Source: Psammoneis japonica (Eukaryota). From it: a stretch of DNA of 64,000 bases. A program made the translations under genes and the position numbers. The notes below the pieces were generated by a model that saw nothing but the letters and a program-made list of their open reading frames with translations, was not told where the DNA came from and ran no database searches. The stretch covers positions 1-64,000 of the forward strand of contig QPGO01000086.1 in the NCBI GenBank assembly GCA_008632985.1. Reading direction: 5' to 3'. This document shows positions 25,901 through 38,868 of this stretch, piece by piece. How positions within the stretch are numbered: position 1 is the first letter of the stretch; each line of letters begins with the position of its first letter.

Positions 25901-28900
25901 ACTTGATTTGGAGTGACTGCCAAGGAGCTGTGAAGTGTGGGGTTGGGCAGTCCAGCCAGCTCACACTCTTTGCTGACAGCAGAAAGCACTGTCGCAGCTG
26001 TCCTTGCGCACACATGGCCAGAGCAGCCTTGGCACATCCTGCTGACAAAACTGACAAAGACAGCGACTCTTGTGGTTGAGCCACTCAGCACGCAGGAGAT
26101 CTGGGCACACTCCTGGGAAGTCAAACAGGAAGGAGGGCTGAGCATTGCCGCCAGTGCCAGGCACAAATGTCAGCTTGTCTTGAGAGAGATTCGAGCCCAC
26201 ACAGCCCCGCGTTGGGCATCTTTGCTGGCAAAATGGAAAGCATTCTTGAGCACATTCTGGCATGTGGGCAGCACTGTCACCAAGAGGGCTGCTCTGCAGA
26301 GGAAGAGGGAAATGGGCAACAACATTTTGCAAGAACTGTTTTGTGTCAATGGTCGGGTGGGATGTGGCAGCATTGTCTGGACTTTGATGGAGCATTTGGC
26401 GGACAAAGCTTGAGCACAGAGAGTTGTCCACTCAAGCTCCACAAGTGGCACTTTCCAAAGGTGACACCACACATGGGCCATGTGTTCATGCATCAACATG
26501 CCTCAAGCTGCAAGTCACACAAAAAAACCACCACCAACCTTTCAGCCAACCACCATCATGGACAGAACAGGTCAAGAGGTTCAAAACAAGAGCGATTCAT
26601 TGACTCTCTTCTGGTTCCATGCATTCAAGAGCTTCTTGTCCTTCTCAAATGTTTGTTGTGCATTGTTGTCTCTTTTAATTCAAGTGCAAAGAGGAGTCAC
26701 TTTTCTTGTTTCCATCTCTTGAGATGTTGTTGGTTGTTGAGTGATGCAACTTTTGTTGTCACATTTTTGGAAATGTTGGCAAACCCGATCACTGCTTGAT
26801 TGTCAACCCATTTGCTGTTTTAAGTCTCCATGGCATAAAATGCCATAATTCCAGAGCCCTCAATTGTTTCATCAAACGCAGTGCTTTGAAACACGTCCAA
26901 CATCAACTCGACTCAGTTGAAATCCCAGTTTGTGGGCGATGAAAAATCACGAATGTCAAACAAATGGCTACTTTCGACATCAAGATCCCCGAGTTCAATC
27001 CAAATGTGACGGTACGCCTCACAGCTTATGGCCATGACACATACAAGCATGCCTCATTGTCATCGCGTCGAGCACTCGTATCGAAAATGCCGATAGATCA
27101 AAGTTCAGGAAAAGGATGGAATACAAATTCATTTGTGAATTCATTAGTGGCATTGGCGTAATGATATTTACGGCAGAAGCAATCTAAAATCCTTATTCAT
27201 CATTGACATTTCTGTATTGCTCAGATTTTGAAATCTGACCACTACCGTTAAGCATTTAGCTGTCTTTGTATGGAAGTGGAAATGACACTTAACGATTTAC
27301 ACTAACCATTTAGCTTTCTTTGTGTCGAAGTGGAAATGACACTTAACGATTTACACTAACCATTTAGCTTACTTTGGCTCGAAGTCAGACAAAGAGATTG
27401 GGCTATGGGCTTGTCGTTAACCAGCCACGAGCATGAAATCTTTACCATTTTCGGCAATTTTTTCATGTTCGTGGCCGGTTAAAGGAAAAGAGAAAAAAAG
27501 AGGGGAATCAACCGTTGAACACACACACACAATTGACCATGCAACCATGGCCAGAGTTGCACTGGCTTCTTTTGATCCAGGGTGGTTGCTGCAGGTGCAA
27601 AGAGTGGGGCACATTGCAGTTGCAGGAGGGTGACAATGTGGCACTGAGTGTGTGCCACCAGGCTGAGCAGCCCAGCTTGGGTGTCAGCCAAGCCCTGCCA
27701 GGCCAGCTGCCCTGGCTCCAGCTGCTCTTCCCAGTGTGCGTGAGTTGTTGAAGGAGCACCACATTGACTCAAAGGCTGTGTTTTAAGTGGGGCAGAGAGA
27801 AAAAACTGTTGTCTTGGCTGGTGCTTGCTTCAGACCCTGCATCATGAGCGCAAGCTCCTCTTGAGAAATGAGCGAGAATGGCCATTTTTGGCGCCTCTCT
27901 TTGGTTGCCCACTTGGCATTGCCAACAAATCTTGAACCAAACTTCACTCACAGTTTCTTCACTCTTCAACCACAAAACCAGGTTCAACTTTTTGTTGGCT
28001 TCTTTGTGGCTGGGGTCACTGTTGCAGGCACAAATGGTGGGCACATGCCATGTGGCTGCTTGGCAACAAGAATGTGATGCCAAGCATGTGCTGCACACCA
28101 AGGAGCCAAGCAGCCCAGCCCAGCTTTGAATGGAGCCCCAGGACAGCAGCCAACTCTGGGTGATCTCAGCATGGTGTGCTTGTTTGGGCTGTGCTGCACT
28201 CACCCCACAGTGCTCTGTGTTGTGGTGGCTTGTTGTGCAAGCCGTGTGGCTGAAGAGCCAGCAGCCAGCCAGGGCCCATCTTGCAAAGGCCACAAATGTT
28301 GACCCTGTGCAAAGCTGTGTGAGGGGGCAGGCACAGGGATTTGCAATGATGGCTTCACAGCCATTGGCCCCAAGTTGGCATTTGATTGGGATCCAGTGCT
28401 GAGGGGCTGTGAAGTGTGGGGTTGGGAGCCCAGCCAGCTCGCACTCTCTTTGTTGTCACAAAGTGCTGCCACAGCTGTCTTTGCATTGCAACCAGCCAGG
28501 TGCGGTTGACCCCAAGTTGGCACTTGATTTGGAGTGACTGCCAAGGAGCTGTGAAGTGTGGGGTTGGGCAGTCCAGCCAGCTCACACTCTTTGCTGACAG
28601 CAGAAAGCACTGTCGCAGCTGTCCTTGCGCACACATGGCCAGAGCAGCCTTGGCACATCCTGCTGACAAAACTGACAAAGACAGCGACTCTTGTGGTTGA
28701 GCCACTCAGCACGCAGGAGATCTGGGCACACTCCTGGGAAGTCAAACAGGAAGGAGGGCTGAGCATTGCCGCCAGTGCCAGGCACAAATGTCAGCTTGTC
28801 TTGAGAGAGATTCGAGCCCACACAGCCCCGCGTTGGGCATCTTTGCTGGCAAAATGGAAAGCATTCTTGAGCACATTCTGGCATGTGGGCAGCACTGTCA

Positions 28901-30067
28901 CCAAGAGGGCTGCTCTGCAGAGGAAGAGGGAAATGGGCAACAACATTTTGCAAGAACTGTTTTGTGTCAATGGTCGGGTGGGATGTGGCAGCATTGTCTG
29001 GACTTTGATGGAGCATTTGGCGGACAAAGCTTGAGCACAGAGAGTTGTCCACTCAAGCTCCACAAGTGGCACTTTCCAAAGGTGACACCACACATGGGCC
29101 ATGTGTTCATGCATCAACATGCCTCAAGCTGCAAGTCACACAAAAAAACCACCACCAACCTTTCAGCCAACCACCATCATGGACAGAACAGGTCAAGAGG
29201 TTCAAAACAAGAGCGATTCATTGACTCTCTTCTGGTTCCATGCATTCAAGAGCTTCTTGTCCTTCTCAAATGTTTGTTGTGCATTGTTGTCTCTTTTAAT
29301 TCAAGTGCAAAGAGGAGTCACTTTTCTTGTTTCCATCTCTTGAGATGTTGTTGGTTGTTGAGTGATGCAACTTTTGTTGTCACATTTTTGGAAATGTTGG
29401 CAAACCCGATCACTGCTTGATTGTCAACCCATTTGCTGTTTTAAGTCTCCATGGCATAAAATGCCATAATTCCAGAGCCCTCAATTGTTTCATCAAACGC
29501 AGTGCTTTGAAACACGTCCAACATCAACTCGACTCAGTTGAAATCCCAGTTTGTGGGCGATGAAAAATCACGAATGTCAAACAAATGGCTACTTTCGACA
29601 TCAAGATCCCCGAGTTCAATCCAAATGTGACGGTACGCCTCACAGCTTATGGCCATGACACATACAAGCATGCCTCATTGTCATCGCGTCGAGCACTCGT
29701 ATCGAAAATGCCGATAGATCAAAGTTCAGGAAAAGGATGGAATACAAATTCATTTGTGAATTCATTAGTGGCATTGGCGTAATGATATTTACGGCAGAAG
29801 CAATCTAAAATCCTTATTCATCATTGACATTTCTGTATTGCTCAGATTTTGAAATCTGACCACTACCGTTAAGCATTTAGCTGTCTTTGTATGGAAGTGG
29901 AAATGACACTTAACGATTTACACTAACCATTTAGCTTTCTTTGTGTCGAAGTGGAAATGACACTTAACGATTTACACTAACCATTTAGCTTACTTTGGCT
30001 CGAAGTCAGACAAAGAGATTGGGCTATGGGCTTGTCGTTAACCAGCCACGAGCATGAAATCTTTACC
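16973..30067. repeat. Head-to-tail array of five ~2.62-kb TIR-bounded units: 16973-19586, 19593-22206, 22212-24825, 24832-27446, 27453-30067
   Basis: Near-identical units. Left end GGCAATTTTTTCATGTTCGTGGCCGGTTAA is an imperfect inverted repeat of right end TTAACCAGCCACGAGCATGAAATCTTTACC. Spacers are GGAGTC, ATTTC, ATTTTC, ATTTTC. Each unit has an internal 44-bp direct repeat (54-bp period) near its right end. Confidence 0.9.
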
Positions 30068-30740
30068 ATTTTCTCGAAGACGAGACGACGATACTGTACC
30101 TACCATACCAAGGTACAGTACCTCATACCGTACTCATCCCTCATCAAACATACATGAATAAGCATAATCATCATATTATATAACAAAATAATACTAGTAT
30201 CGTATTTTGTGAAGCTTCAAAATTCCAAAAATGAAAATAAAATACTTACTAAATACAGCTAAAAGAGTAGCAAATTACCACTCTTAAAGGGCCCTACTGT
30301 AGTACAGTACTTATTTTTGGTACAGTATCAACTTTCTTGTGTTACTTGGTGAGCGGTCACCCTAATTATTTTTTTCAATGCCAGTTTGAACTTCTGTCTT
30401 GCCCTCAGATTTTTTTGGCGACAGAAAAGGTGACACGACGTTCGCCGTTTCTCTCTCTTCCTCTCATATTTCTCTAATCTTCGATGCGGTAGCCAAGGCA
30501 ACTACCATCATCCTTGTGCCGATTGACACTCTCCCTTTTGCTGCATACTATACAAACGACACGCTCACCTGATCCCCAGACTATCCGTAAGAACAAAATG
30601 GCATTCTTTCTCTTTGCGAATGCGTTCAACAAATGAATGAAGGATGTCTCATATTGTTCATTTTCTGGTTCCTGCGTCTCCCCCAACACAGCTAGGCCTA
30701 AAGGATCGAACAAGAAAATACACAAGACACGCTCATTATC

Positions 30741-31766
30741 ATGCCTGAAAAGGTTGTTGGAATCGTGGATCGTGGATCGGCCTTGTCCGAGAAGAACACG
30801 GTCGTGTGTCGATTTCGCGACTTCAAGTCGTTGGCGAGTACCCGAAAGGAATCTGTCCTATCCCCTTGTTTTGAATGCCATGGACAAATCTGGAGAATGC
30901 TTCTTTTCCCAGGTGGGAGCGAGCATTCTAACAAGAATGAAGTTCACGTTTCCGTGTATCTACGCTGGATAAACGTGGATGAAAGTGACGATAGCACCTT
31001 GGATACCGTTTTTGCATGTCGACTAGGTTCCAAGACCGTGAGGAGCGTACGGCAGCAGTTTCAGCCAGGCAAAAGCAAGGGATTTGGAAACTTCCTCCCC
31101 CGCGCTGACGTTCTCGACAGATACCTTACAAAGAATGGCGACCTTGAAATAAAAGTCGACATTCAGCTTTTTCAAGATATTGAAAAGTATTCGGTTCCAA
31201 GACAAGTGACATACCCCGAGAATACACTCCACCTTGACATGCTTGAAATGCTCAGAGATGAAAAGCACGCAGACGTCACTTTTGTAGTCAAAGACAAGAC
31301 ATTTCATGCCCATCAAGCTGTGCTATGGGTACGCGCTCCTTTCCTTGCGACCCTTGCTGAAGAGCTTGATCAAGTCATCCCGATCCCTGGTGTGGATCCG
31401 GCTTTGTTCGAGACTCTTCTCCACTTTATCTATTCCAACACTCTACCACCTGCTGTAGATATCAAGGCCGACGCCATTGGTCTACTGGAGCTAGCAAACA
31501 AGTTTGATTGTCCGTCCCTAAAGGCGGTGGCGGAAGCGGAAATCTTTGCAAACGGAATCACGGTCGCGACAGCTGCGGAACTCTTACTCTACGCGGATAA
31601 AATGGATTGCGTCGAGCTAAAAGAAGCAACCAAGCAGTTCTTTCTGGAAAACCGGAAGGCTGTTATGAAGTCCAAAGGTTTTGCCACACTTAAAGAGTCT
31701 CCCAAGCTCTCAGGAGAACTGTTGACGGCTCTCTCTGACCTCCTCCCTCCTCAACTCGGTTACTGA
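30741..31766 (+). CDS. MATH-BTB/POZ (SPOP-like) Cullin3 adaptor
   Basis: MATH-like SPCFECHGQIWRMLLFPGG...VSVYL, BTB ADVTFVV..FHAHQAVL..RAP...LLHFIY, and a BACK-like LLELANKF...LK..AE region. Intact ORF in a TA-normal island. Confidence 0.9.
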   Translation: MPEKVVGIVDRGSALSEKNTVVCRFRDFKSLASTRKESVLSPCFECHGQIWRMLLFPGGSEHSNKNEVHVSVYLRWINVDESDDSTLDTVFACRLGSKTVRSVRQQFQPGKSKGFGNFLPRADVLDRYLTKNGDLEIKVDIQLFQDIEKYSVPRQVTYPENTLHLDMLEMLRDEKHADVTFVVKDKTFHAHQAVLWVRAPFLATLAEELDQVIPIPGVDPALFETLLHFIYSNTLPPAVDIKADAIGLLELANKFDCPSLKAVAEAEIFANGITVATAAELLLYADKMDCVELKEATKQFFLENRKAVMKSKGFATLKESPKLSGELLTALSDLLPPQLGY

Positions 31767-32053
31767 TTCTTCGTCCAAGGAAATGCATCTTTTTCGATAT
31801 TTTTGCATGTACATACATGTGACTCTGTCTGTTTTGTTGTGGCAGGCCACTAGAGGCTAGCATTATGACAGTAAACATTTTAATTTTAATAATTTTGCAC
31901 TTTTCATAACATACAGTATATTTTACACTACAACCAAACGAATCGACGACGGAACAGGCAAGGCGTCTTCAAGAAGGAAGATGGGTACAGTAGTTTCTTT
32001 GGATGGAGAGCGCGCAGTGCCCCGTCAAAAAGTAGAAGCGTTTTGGTCAACAA

Positions 32054-32332
32054 TTGCAGCTTCGATTGAGTGAAATCAGGGGTCCTTGGCATGTCTTTCA
32101 TGAATTTGCCACCTTGCTTCTGTTCCCACCAACTCACTCCCCCAAGTTGAATCCCACAGAGAAAACATGGCTTACAATGGTGCAGCAACTCAAGAGCTGG
32201 GACCCTCATGGTCCACGCCCAGTGTGGGATGCAGCAGCACCACACACACATGCTGGTGCAGCAAGAACCATGGGCTTGTTCTCACATTATGATGTTGCCA
32301 TGGCATGTGCCACATGCGACTGTCTTTGCTGA
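32054..32332 (+). mobile_element. Tc1/IS630-type DDE transposase C-terminal fragment (degenerate)
   Basis: LLFPPTHSPKLNPTEKTW corresponds to the LPxxSPELNPIExxW motif. Confidence 0.6.
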
Positions 32333-33579
32333 ACCAGACAAATTTGCCAGTGATGAGACATTCCAATTTTTGATGTTGACAACTGGAGCACAAGAAAGTG
32401 TCTGTCTGCCAGAGCACAAGCTCCTGACAGAATGGCGCGCCACACTGCCAGTGCTGCTCCACATCAGGAAATCAAAGTGGCACTCATCTGGCATCAGACC
32501 ATCCCCCAAAGACAATTCAACAACACTGGAAGCTGACTCAACATCCAAAAGAGAAAGAGTGTCAGGAGCAGGCAGAGCCATGACATCAACAGCACACACT
32601 TCAAACATTTGTGAAGCTCAATTCAGCAACACAAAAAGCTCAGGATTCACAGTCTTCCAAACACCAATTGACCACCAATTGACTGACAGAAATGATTGCT
32701 CTGTGACTCACAGCTGACTGCAGCCACCAAAAAATTTTCACCACCTGAAAAAAGTTTTTTTGTGAAACAAATGCAAGCGGTCACCACTCAGATCCCTTCT
32801 CGGCTTGTTTTCTTGGCAACCAGGAAATGCCCAGAGATGTCCAGGGGCATTTTGTAAATGTCTTTGCATGGTTGACAAATCTGAAATGCAAAACAGCCAG
32901 CAAGGCATGTTCCAAGACAGAGAATTGTCAAAAACATGTGCAAACTGTTGTTTGTTTCCCATGAAGTCAACAAAAGTTGTTTGTTTGTTCTGCAAACAGG
33001 TTTCTCCCCACATTGCTTGCTGTCTGACAATGTCCTTTGGTGTGTCAAATGACTTTGCACACCTGTGCAAGAAACGCTGCAGTGTGAAAAGGAGGGGCAA
33101 GCCCACAGCACACAGGAGCAGTTTGATCCAATCAATGAGGAGCAAGGAGATGACATGGGCAAAACTGGGCTTGCCCAAGGATCCAATGTGGCACCCAACA
33201 AGATGCTGTTGGCAATGAATGCTCTGATTTGGATGTCATGTGTTGGGATTTGTTGTTTGTGTTTTGATGAAAGCAAGACTGGCACACTGATGTTTCCAAC
33301 AGCAATGCAGTGAATGTGTTCAAGATGTTACCTGAATGGAGTGTGATGACAACATGGAATGTGAAAAGCTTGCAGCTTTTTCATTGATTGTGTTGATGGT
33401 TTGGAGAAAAAGAGTGCCGTGTTGTGAGCGAGCAGAAGATGCCATTGCAGCTGTGATCTGGGCCACAAGATTGTGTTTCAGTGGACTGGCATGCTGATCA
33501 CATTGACATCTTCTTGCACTCCAGTCATCAAAATCAAAATTGCAGTCTGTTTTTGTTGCGCTGGTGATCTGGCTCAGCT

Positions 33580-33755
33580 TGTGCAGCTGCACAGAGCATG
33601 TGCTGTGGCCCATCATCATGTGCAAACGAGTCTGTGATGGTTGCAGCAGTGTGTGTTGCCAAGTCTTGTGCCAGGTGCAGGCCATGAAGGTCCCAGCTTT
33701 TTAGTCACTGTGCCAGTGCAAGCCACATTTTCTCTGTGGGATTCAACTTGGGGGG
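33580..33755 (-). mobile_element. Second, inverted Tc1/IS630-type transposase fragment abutting the gap
   Basis: PKLNPTEKMWL..KSWDLHG on the minus strand, homologous to ~32140-32260. Confidence 0.55.
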
Positions 33756-33866
33756 NNNNNNNNNNNNNNNNNNNNNNNNNNNNNNNNNNNNNNNNNNNNN
33801 NNNNNNNNNNNNNNNNNNNNNNNNNNNNNNNNNNNNNNNNNNNNNNNNNNNNNNNNNNNNNNNNNN
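33756..33866. other. Assembly gap (111 N)
   Basis: Run of N. Confidence 1.
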
Positions 33867-34860
33867 GTCATTTCCTGTCTCTTGGTGCACTCTTCTTTGG
33901 CAAATGCACACACCCTGTGTTTCTCAGAGAAACACAGCAGCTGGCAAAATCATGGCAGCATGTTGGGGTGCAAAGACCTTGGAAATGTTTCATGGACTCC
34001 AGTGTTTGGAGCTGCATTTGTTCTCACAGGATGCACGAATCTAGATTGGCTCCTTCAGAGCATTGCTGGCAATTGCTGTTTTTGTTTTCTTCTTGGATGT
34101 CATTGGCTTCTGTGGGTTTGGCAAGCAGTGGTGCTGCACTCCTCACACTTGTGTTTGCACAATTGTTGTTGCAATCTTTCAAGGGACTGCTGTGCAGAGA
34201 GCACTGCCATCAGCTGTGCATTCTTCAACTTTTGGAGCACTCAAGGGCTTGCAGTTGAGAAATCTCAGGAGAACAGCTGCTTGTGCACTTTCCACATGGG
34301 CCAACTGAATGCAAGCTGTGGATCTGGCAGAAGCAATTTTGCTCAAGGCAACAGTCGTGAGGATCAGAGTGTCTTCAGCACATTGTTTCAACAAGATTCT
34401 CTGTTTTTCTGCTTCTCTCAATTTCAATCATGTGGGGCAATCAACGCCAGCAGCACAGTGCTCTCAGCGGATGCTCATTTCAGTGTTGCTCCTGTTGCAC
34501 TCAAGAGCTTCTACAAAGGTCTCTTCTTTCTTCAAACTGTTTTGGCATCAAAGTGCATTTGACAGATCGGCCCATTCATGATCTTGTTCATCATGCACCT
34601 TTTTCCTTCAATGTGTGGTCTCTCATTTGTTGTCAATGTTTGGGCACAGCGTTGTTGCTGCTTTTTGGTTGTTCTTTGTTTGATGCCATTGACTGTCCTT
34701 CACTGACAAAGCGCAAATCCTCTCCATCAAATGCAGCACACACATGGGGCAAGTCTGCCTCAAGATGAGCAGCAATGTCCACCAGACATGTGTGAGTTGC
34801 CCACGTGCTGTTGGCATCATTGTTGCTTTGAACCAGACGGAAGCTCTTGGTTGCAAAAAC
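33867..34860. repeat. Unclassified dispersed repeat A, copy 1
   Basis: Colinear diverged homology to ~47730-48800, e.g. GGAGCACTCAAGGGCT and TTTCAACAAGATTCTC. Confidence 0.7.
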
Positions 34861-35489
34861 TGCCCAATGTTTGTGATTGAACAACATGCACAGGGGCAGC
34901 AAGCACCTGTTGGCACAATTTGATGTGGCTGTCTGCAAAGTCAAAGTCCATCAATGTGAGAATAGCTCTGATGGTCAGCTGAGGTTGCAACCCCAACAAG
35001 CGGTGCAGCTGCAGATCTTGGGCCAAAACTTTGGCACTTTCAACCAAAATCATGTCAAAGACATGGCATTCACCATTGTTGTGGGGCAGTTTGGTGTCAG
35101 CCATGAGCCAACCAGCTGTGGCTTGCACATTGGAAACCAATCTGTCACAAAAAATTGGGTGTTGCCTTGTTTGTGGCAAAGTCAGGGCAGAGCTGTTGTG
35201 CCCAGCCTGCTCTGGCAAAAATGGTGCGGCAATTAACAAGATCATCAAACGTGTCATGGGAGTGGCAGAAAGCTGAGTTTGATTGCACAGCATGCCAGCA
35301 TTGATGTGCTTGCCTGGAAAACCCTGTGCAAATTGCCCCAGCTTGACAACTGTGGGTTTGCTGCTCTCCATCACAGCAGAAGCTCCAGCCAATGAGAGTG
35401 CTGGCAAGCAAACCACAGAAGCACCCAAACTTAGAATGAGATGTTCTCTGTGCCCTGATGTCAACAAAGGCATCAGATGCTGCACTTGC

Positions 35490-36920
35490 TTTCATCTCCT
35501 GTCAAGGGAAGATGAGTGCTCTTTTCTGCATCTTTGCAAAGCCCACTCCAGTTGTGGCATTTGCCAAGAATGTGACTTGCTCTTGCTGGTGATTTTGGCA
35601 ACCCCCAAAGCTTTTGGGTGGGTGAATTTTTTTGTGGTGACAAGGAGCTTGACAAGACATCTCAACTCCTTTCATGTGCAAGTGCTTGCAGAGCCGCTGC
35701 ACAAACTGTGCTCCCAGAGCATGCAGATGATCTTGCAGAAGCTGCTGGAGCTGCACTTGTGTGGCTGTGTTGCTTCTGGAGTGGCTGTGTTGCTTTTGCC
35801 AATGTTGTGATTTGCTGCAATGGTGCTGGCAGCAGCTGCATTGCTGGTCAAATTGTTGCCCTTCTCTCATGGCAACACCACCTGCATTGCTGCAACAGAG
35901 TCCTTGGTGATCTTTCCCAACAGGCGCATGTTCCTAAAGAATGCCATCATGACAAAAATGGCAAGGATTAAAGTGCACATGATGCCATTCCAGCAGTGCA
36001 TCTTGGCACCACCACCGCTTGGCAAGCAATGGTTGAAAGCCCCCCAGACATCCATGCTCTTTCTGTCTCAAAGTTGCACAGTTTCAGTGCTTGTGCAGCA
36101 GCCACATTTTTCAAAGGAGTGGGTTTAAGGAAGCAAAAAATGGGGACTGATGAAAGGCTGGAGTCAAGTTGGGATGATGAGAGCAACAATTGTGAGCCAT
36201 TTTGGCACGCTCGATGAATTTTGAAATGGGCAAAAGACAGCACAACATTTTTGGAACATGCCGGCAAGCATTTCTGAATTTAGTGCAAGGTTGTCTTTGT
36301 TGAAAAAATGTTTTTTAAGAAACTAACAATGTCACAATTTTGGGTTCTTGCTCCAAAATTTGTGCATTTGTGGTGGAAAAGACCAGTTGTGGTTGGCCAA
36401 CAAATGCCCAAAATGAGAATTTTCACAAAAATCAATGACTCAAAAGTGCGGCATCCAGCTCAATGATGGCCATTGGCACAAAGAGGTTGAGCTGCAGTTT
36501 GACTTGATCAACACCCTTTCTTCATTTGCAAAGCCGCTTGCCATGAGAGGGGGTGGTTGGTTGACCCCCCTTTTTGGTTCATGCATGGGGGTGTGTGAAG
36601 ATTGCTTGGTTTTGGAGAGTGCCTTGTGGTGGTCAAGACCAAGTTTCTCACCTGAGCAACCAGGAAAACTGAAAGAAATGCATGGGCCAAAGCTTGAAAG
36701 AGGGCACCCGAACAAGCCCTTCACTGTGGCAAGGAGGAGAGTCTGTCATGTCCTGATGTGTGCATCCAAGGTGATGTGCAGATGACCTTGCTTTTGGTTG
36801 CTCCAGCATGGCAGGATTTTTTGTCCTGAGTGCAAAAATCTTCTGTCTGACATTGGACCCTGCTTCTCGGTGGGAAAATTCGTCCACAACAGCCGCAGCT
36901 TGTTGGCCAACAAACCCTTG
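35490..36920. repeat. Unclassified dispersed repeat B, copy 1
   Basis: Homologous to ~58330-58700 and ~60100-61250, e.g. TTTTCAAAGGAGTGGGT and GGTGGAAAAGACCAGTTGTGGTTGGC. Confidence 0.7.
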
Positions 36921-37696
36921 CTTGTCTTGCAGCCTCCACAAGTTTCTTGTCAACTCACTGGTGCTTTTCTTGCTCCAACTTCACAACTCCCATCTCCTGC
37001 CAGCTCTGTGTTTCATCACAGCAGACACAAAATGTTTGCATTGTTTGACTTGCGCCCCACACAGCAGCACTTGCTTTTTTCATTTTTTCTTGATGACCTC
37101 CATGCTGCTGCTTCATTTGCAGCTGGCACAACTTTCTGTGCACTTTTTTCAACCTTTCTTGCCATCCACCCTCCACCCTCCACCACACCTTCCTGCCCTC
37201 CTGCCCTTGTTGGTGTTCAGATGATCTTTGCATGTCTTTTTCTGAAGCTTGGTTCCAGCGCATGTTCGCTTCTGTGAGCACAACAACAAAGCACTCATGT
37301 CATCAGCTCTGTGCTTTGCTCTGCTTGTTTGTGTTCATGTGTGGCATGTTTTGGCTTTTTTCATGATGGGTCAGTGTTGGTTTCTCAGAGCTCAACTTGT
37401 CCAATCAAGCTGGCTGGTTGTGCCACCAGCCAGTCATCCCAGAGTCGTTCCAAGCCAATGAGTGCAACATCATTTCATGTTGCTCAGTGCAATTTGTCCA
37501 CATTTTCAGCATGAAAAATGCTTTGAACACCATTTGCTTTGAAAGGTTTTCAAGACCATTGGTGTGCAGAAGTGAGCGTGTGAGTTCCAGGGCATGCATT
37601 TGCACTTGTTTGGTGTGGCATTTGAGCTGGAAGGGAGAAGGACAGATGCCGCAGCCACTCACAGCTCACAGCCCATCTTGAAAACGGACCAAACAA

Positions 37697-38606
37697 TGAC
37701 AATGTCAACGGCATTCTTTGTTGTGGCACTCGTCACCGCCTGTCAAGGCCGCAGCAGCAGCTGCGGTTGAGAAGAGGAGCGCCACATGTCCCAATGGCTG
37801 CTGTCCCTCCAGTCACACTGGGTGGGGCTGTGGCCCCTGCGGTGCCCCTGCAGACTTGTCAAGACAAGTGGATTGCTGAGGGCAATCACCTCGGTGGCGA
37901 TCATGCAAACCTCCTCAATTGTTTCTCCACCACCGGGGCAGCACCAGCACCTTTGGCCAACTTGCTTGAGCACCTGACAGCCGCAAGCAACGTGGTCCCC
38001 AACCCCCTGGTGATCCACTGCTGTGGGCGCACTTCTGCTCTGCTGCTCTGCGGAAGAGTGTCTTCCGAGAAACAATGATGACACCAGGTGGATGGGTCAC
38101 TGCACGACCACCAACACAGACGGCAATGATGTTGTTCTTTAAGAACTGCTTGTAAATCAAGGAGAAAATTAATCATCTGGTTGACCTGAGCAGCAACAAG
38201 GAATTTAATTGCCCAGGATGCTTGGACCTAAAGCGATGTGTTGACCTTTGCCCGGCCGAGTTCAGTGTCCCAAGGAGCAATTCTGTTTCGTTGCCACAAC
38301 ATCACCAAAAGAGTGCAGCTCTCTAAAGAGGTGCGATTCGAACAAGCTGCGGTTTGAGCCCACCCACGCAATGGCAATCATGGCTGTTGCCTTTTCTGTG
38401 GTTTGGTGGTTCGTCATGTGACAAGCAGGAAAGGCAAAAGCTGAGAAGATGGCCATGAAGAAGAGGAGAGCCAAAGAGAAAACATCTGAAAACATCTGAC
38501 GAAGAAGATGGAGAAGAGAAACAGAGGGCCATGGACGTCTTTGGAATTAGATGCACCAGATGCAACCATTGACATTGAATTCAAAAATCTCAGATGGGTG
38601 CTGCAT
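37697..38606 (+). pseudogene. 5' part of an ABCG half-transporter pseudogene (Cys-rich ectodomain, TM segment, start of NBD)
   Basis: Cys-rich degenerate region, hydrophobic AIMAVAFSVVWWFV segment, then IDIEFKNLRWVL. This is the motif that precedes the ABCG NBD, which continues at ~46680. Confidence 0.5.
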
Positions 38607-38660
38607 GTCTTTCCTGCGTTGGCAGGACCGAGAGCTGCAAGTCAAAATGTCAAAGTCATT

Positions 38661-38868
38661 TTGTCAATGTCATTTCGGACATTTCCACATGTCGCTCACG
38701 TCATCGAGATTCAAATCTCTTCTCTTCTCACAAATTTGGTCGTTGAGACCTCTCCTCAGTTTGCAATCATAATTTCTCCACAGAGAACTTTGACAACGAC
38801 TTCTGCTGCTCCATTGCAACCTTGAGCTCTTGCTCTTTCTAACACAAGCTACTTTGTCGCATCTTCAG
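38661..38868 (+). repeat. 5' LTR (shared portion; may extend ~50 bp further left)
   Basis: Matches 46403-46612. Ends ...CATCTTCA and is followed by PBS-like TGGTCACGAG. Confidence 0.85.
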
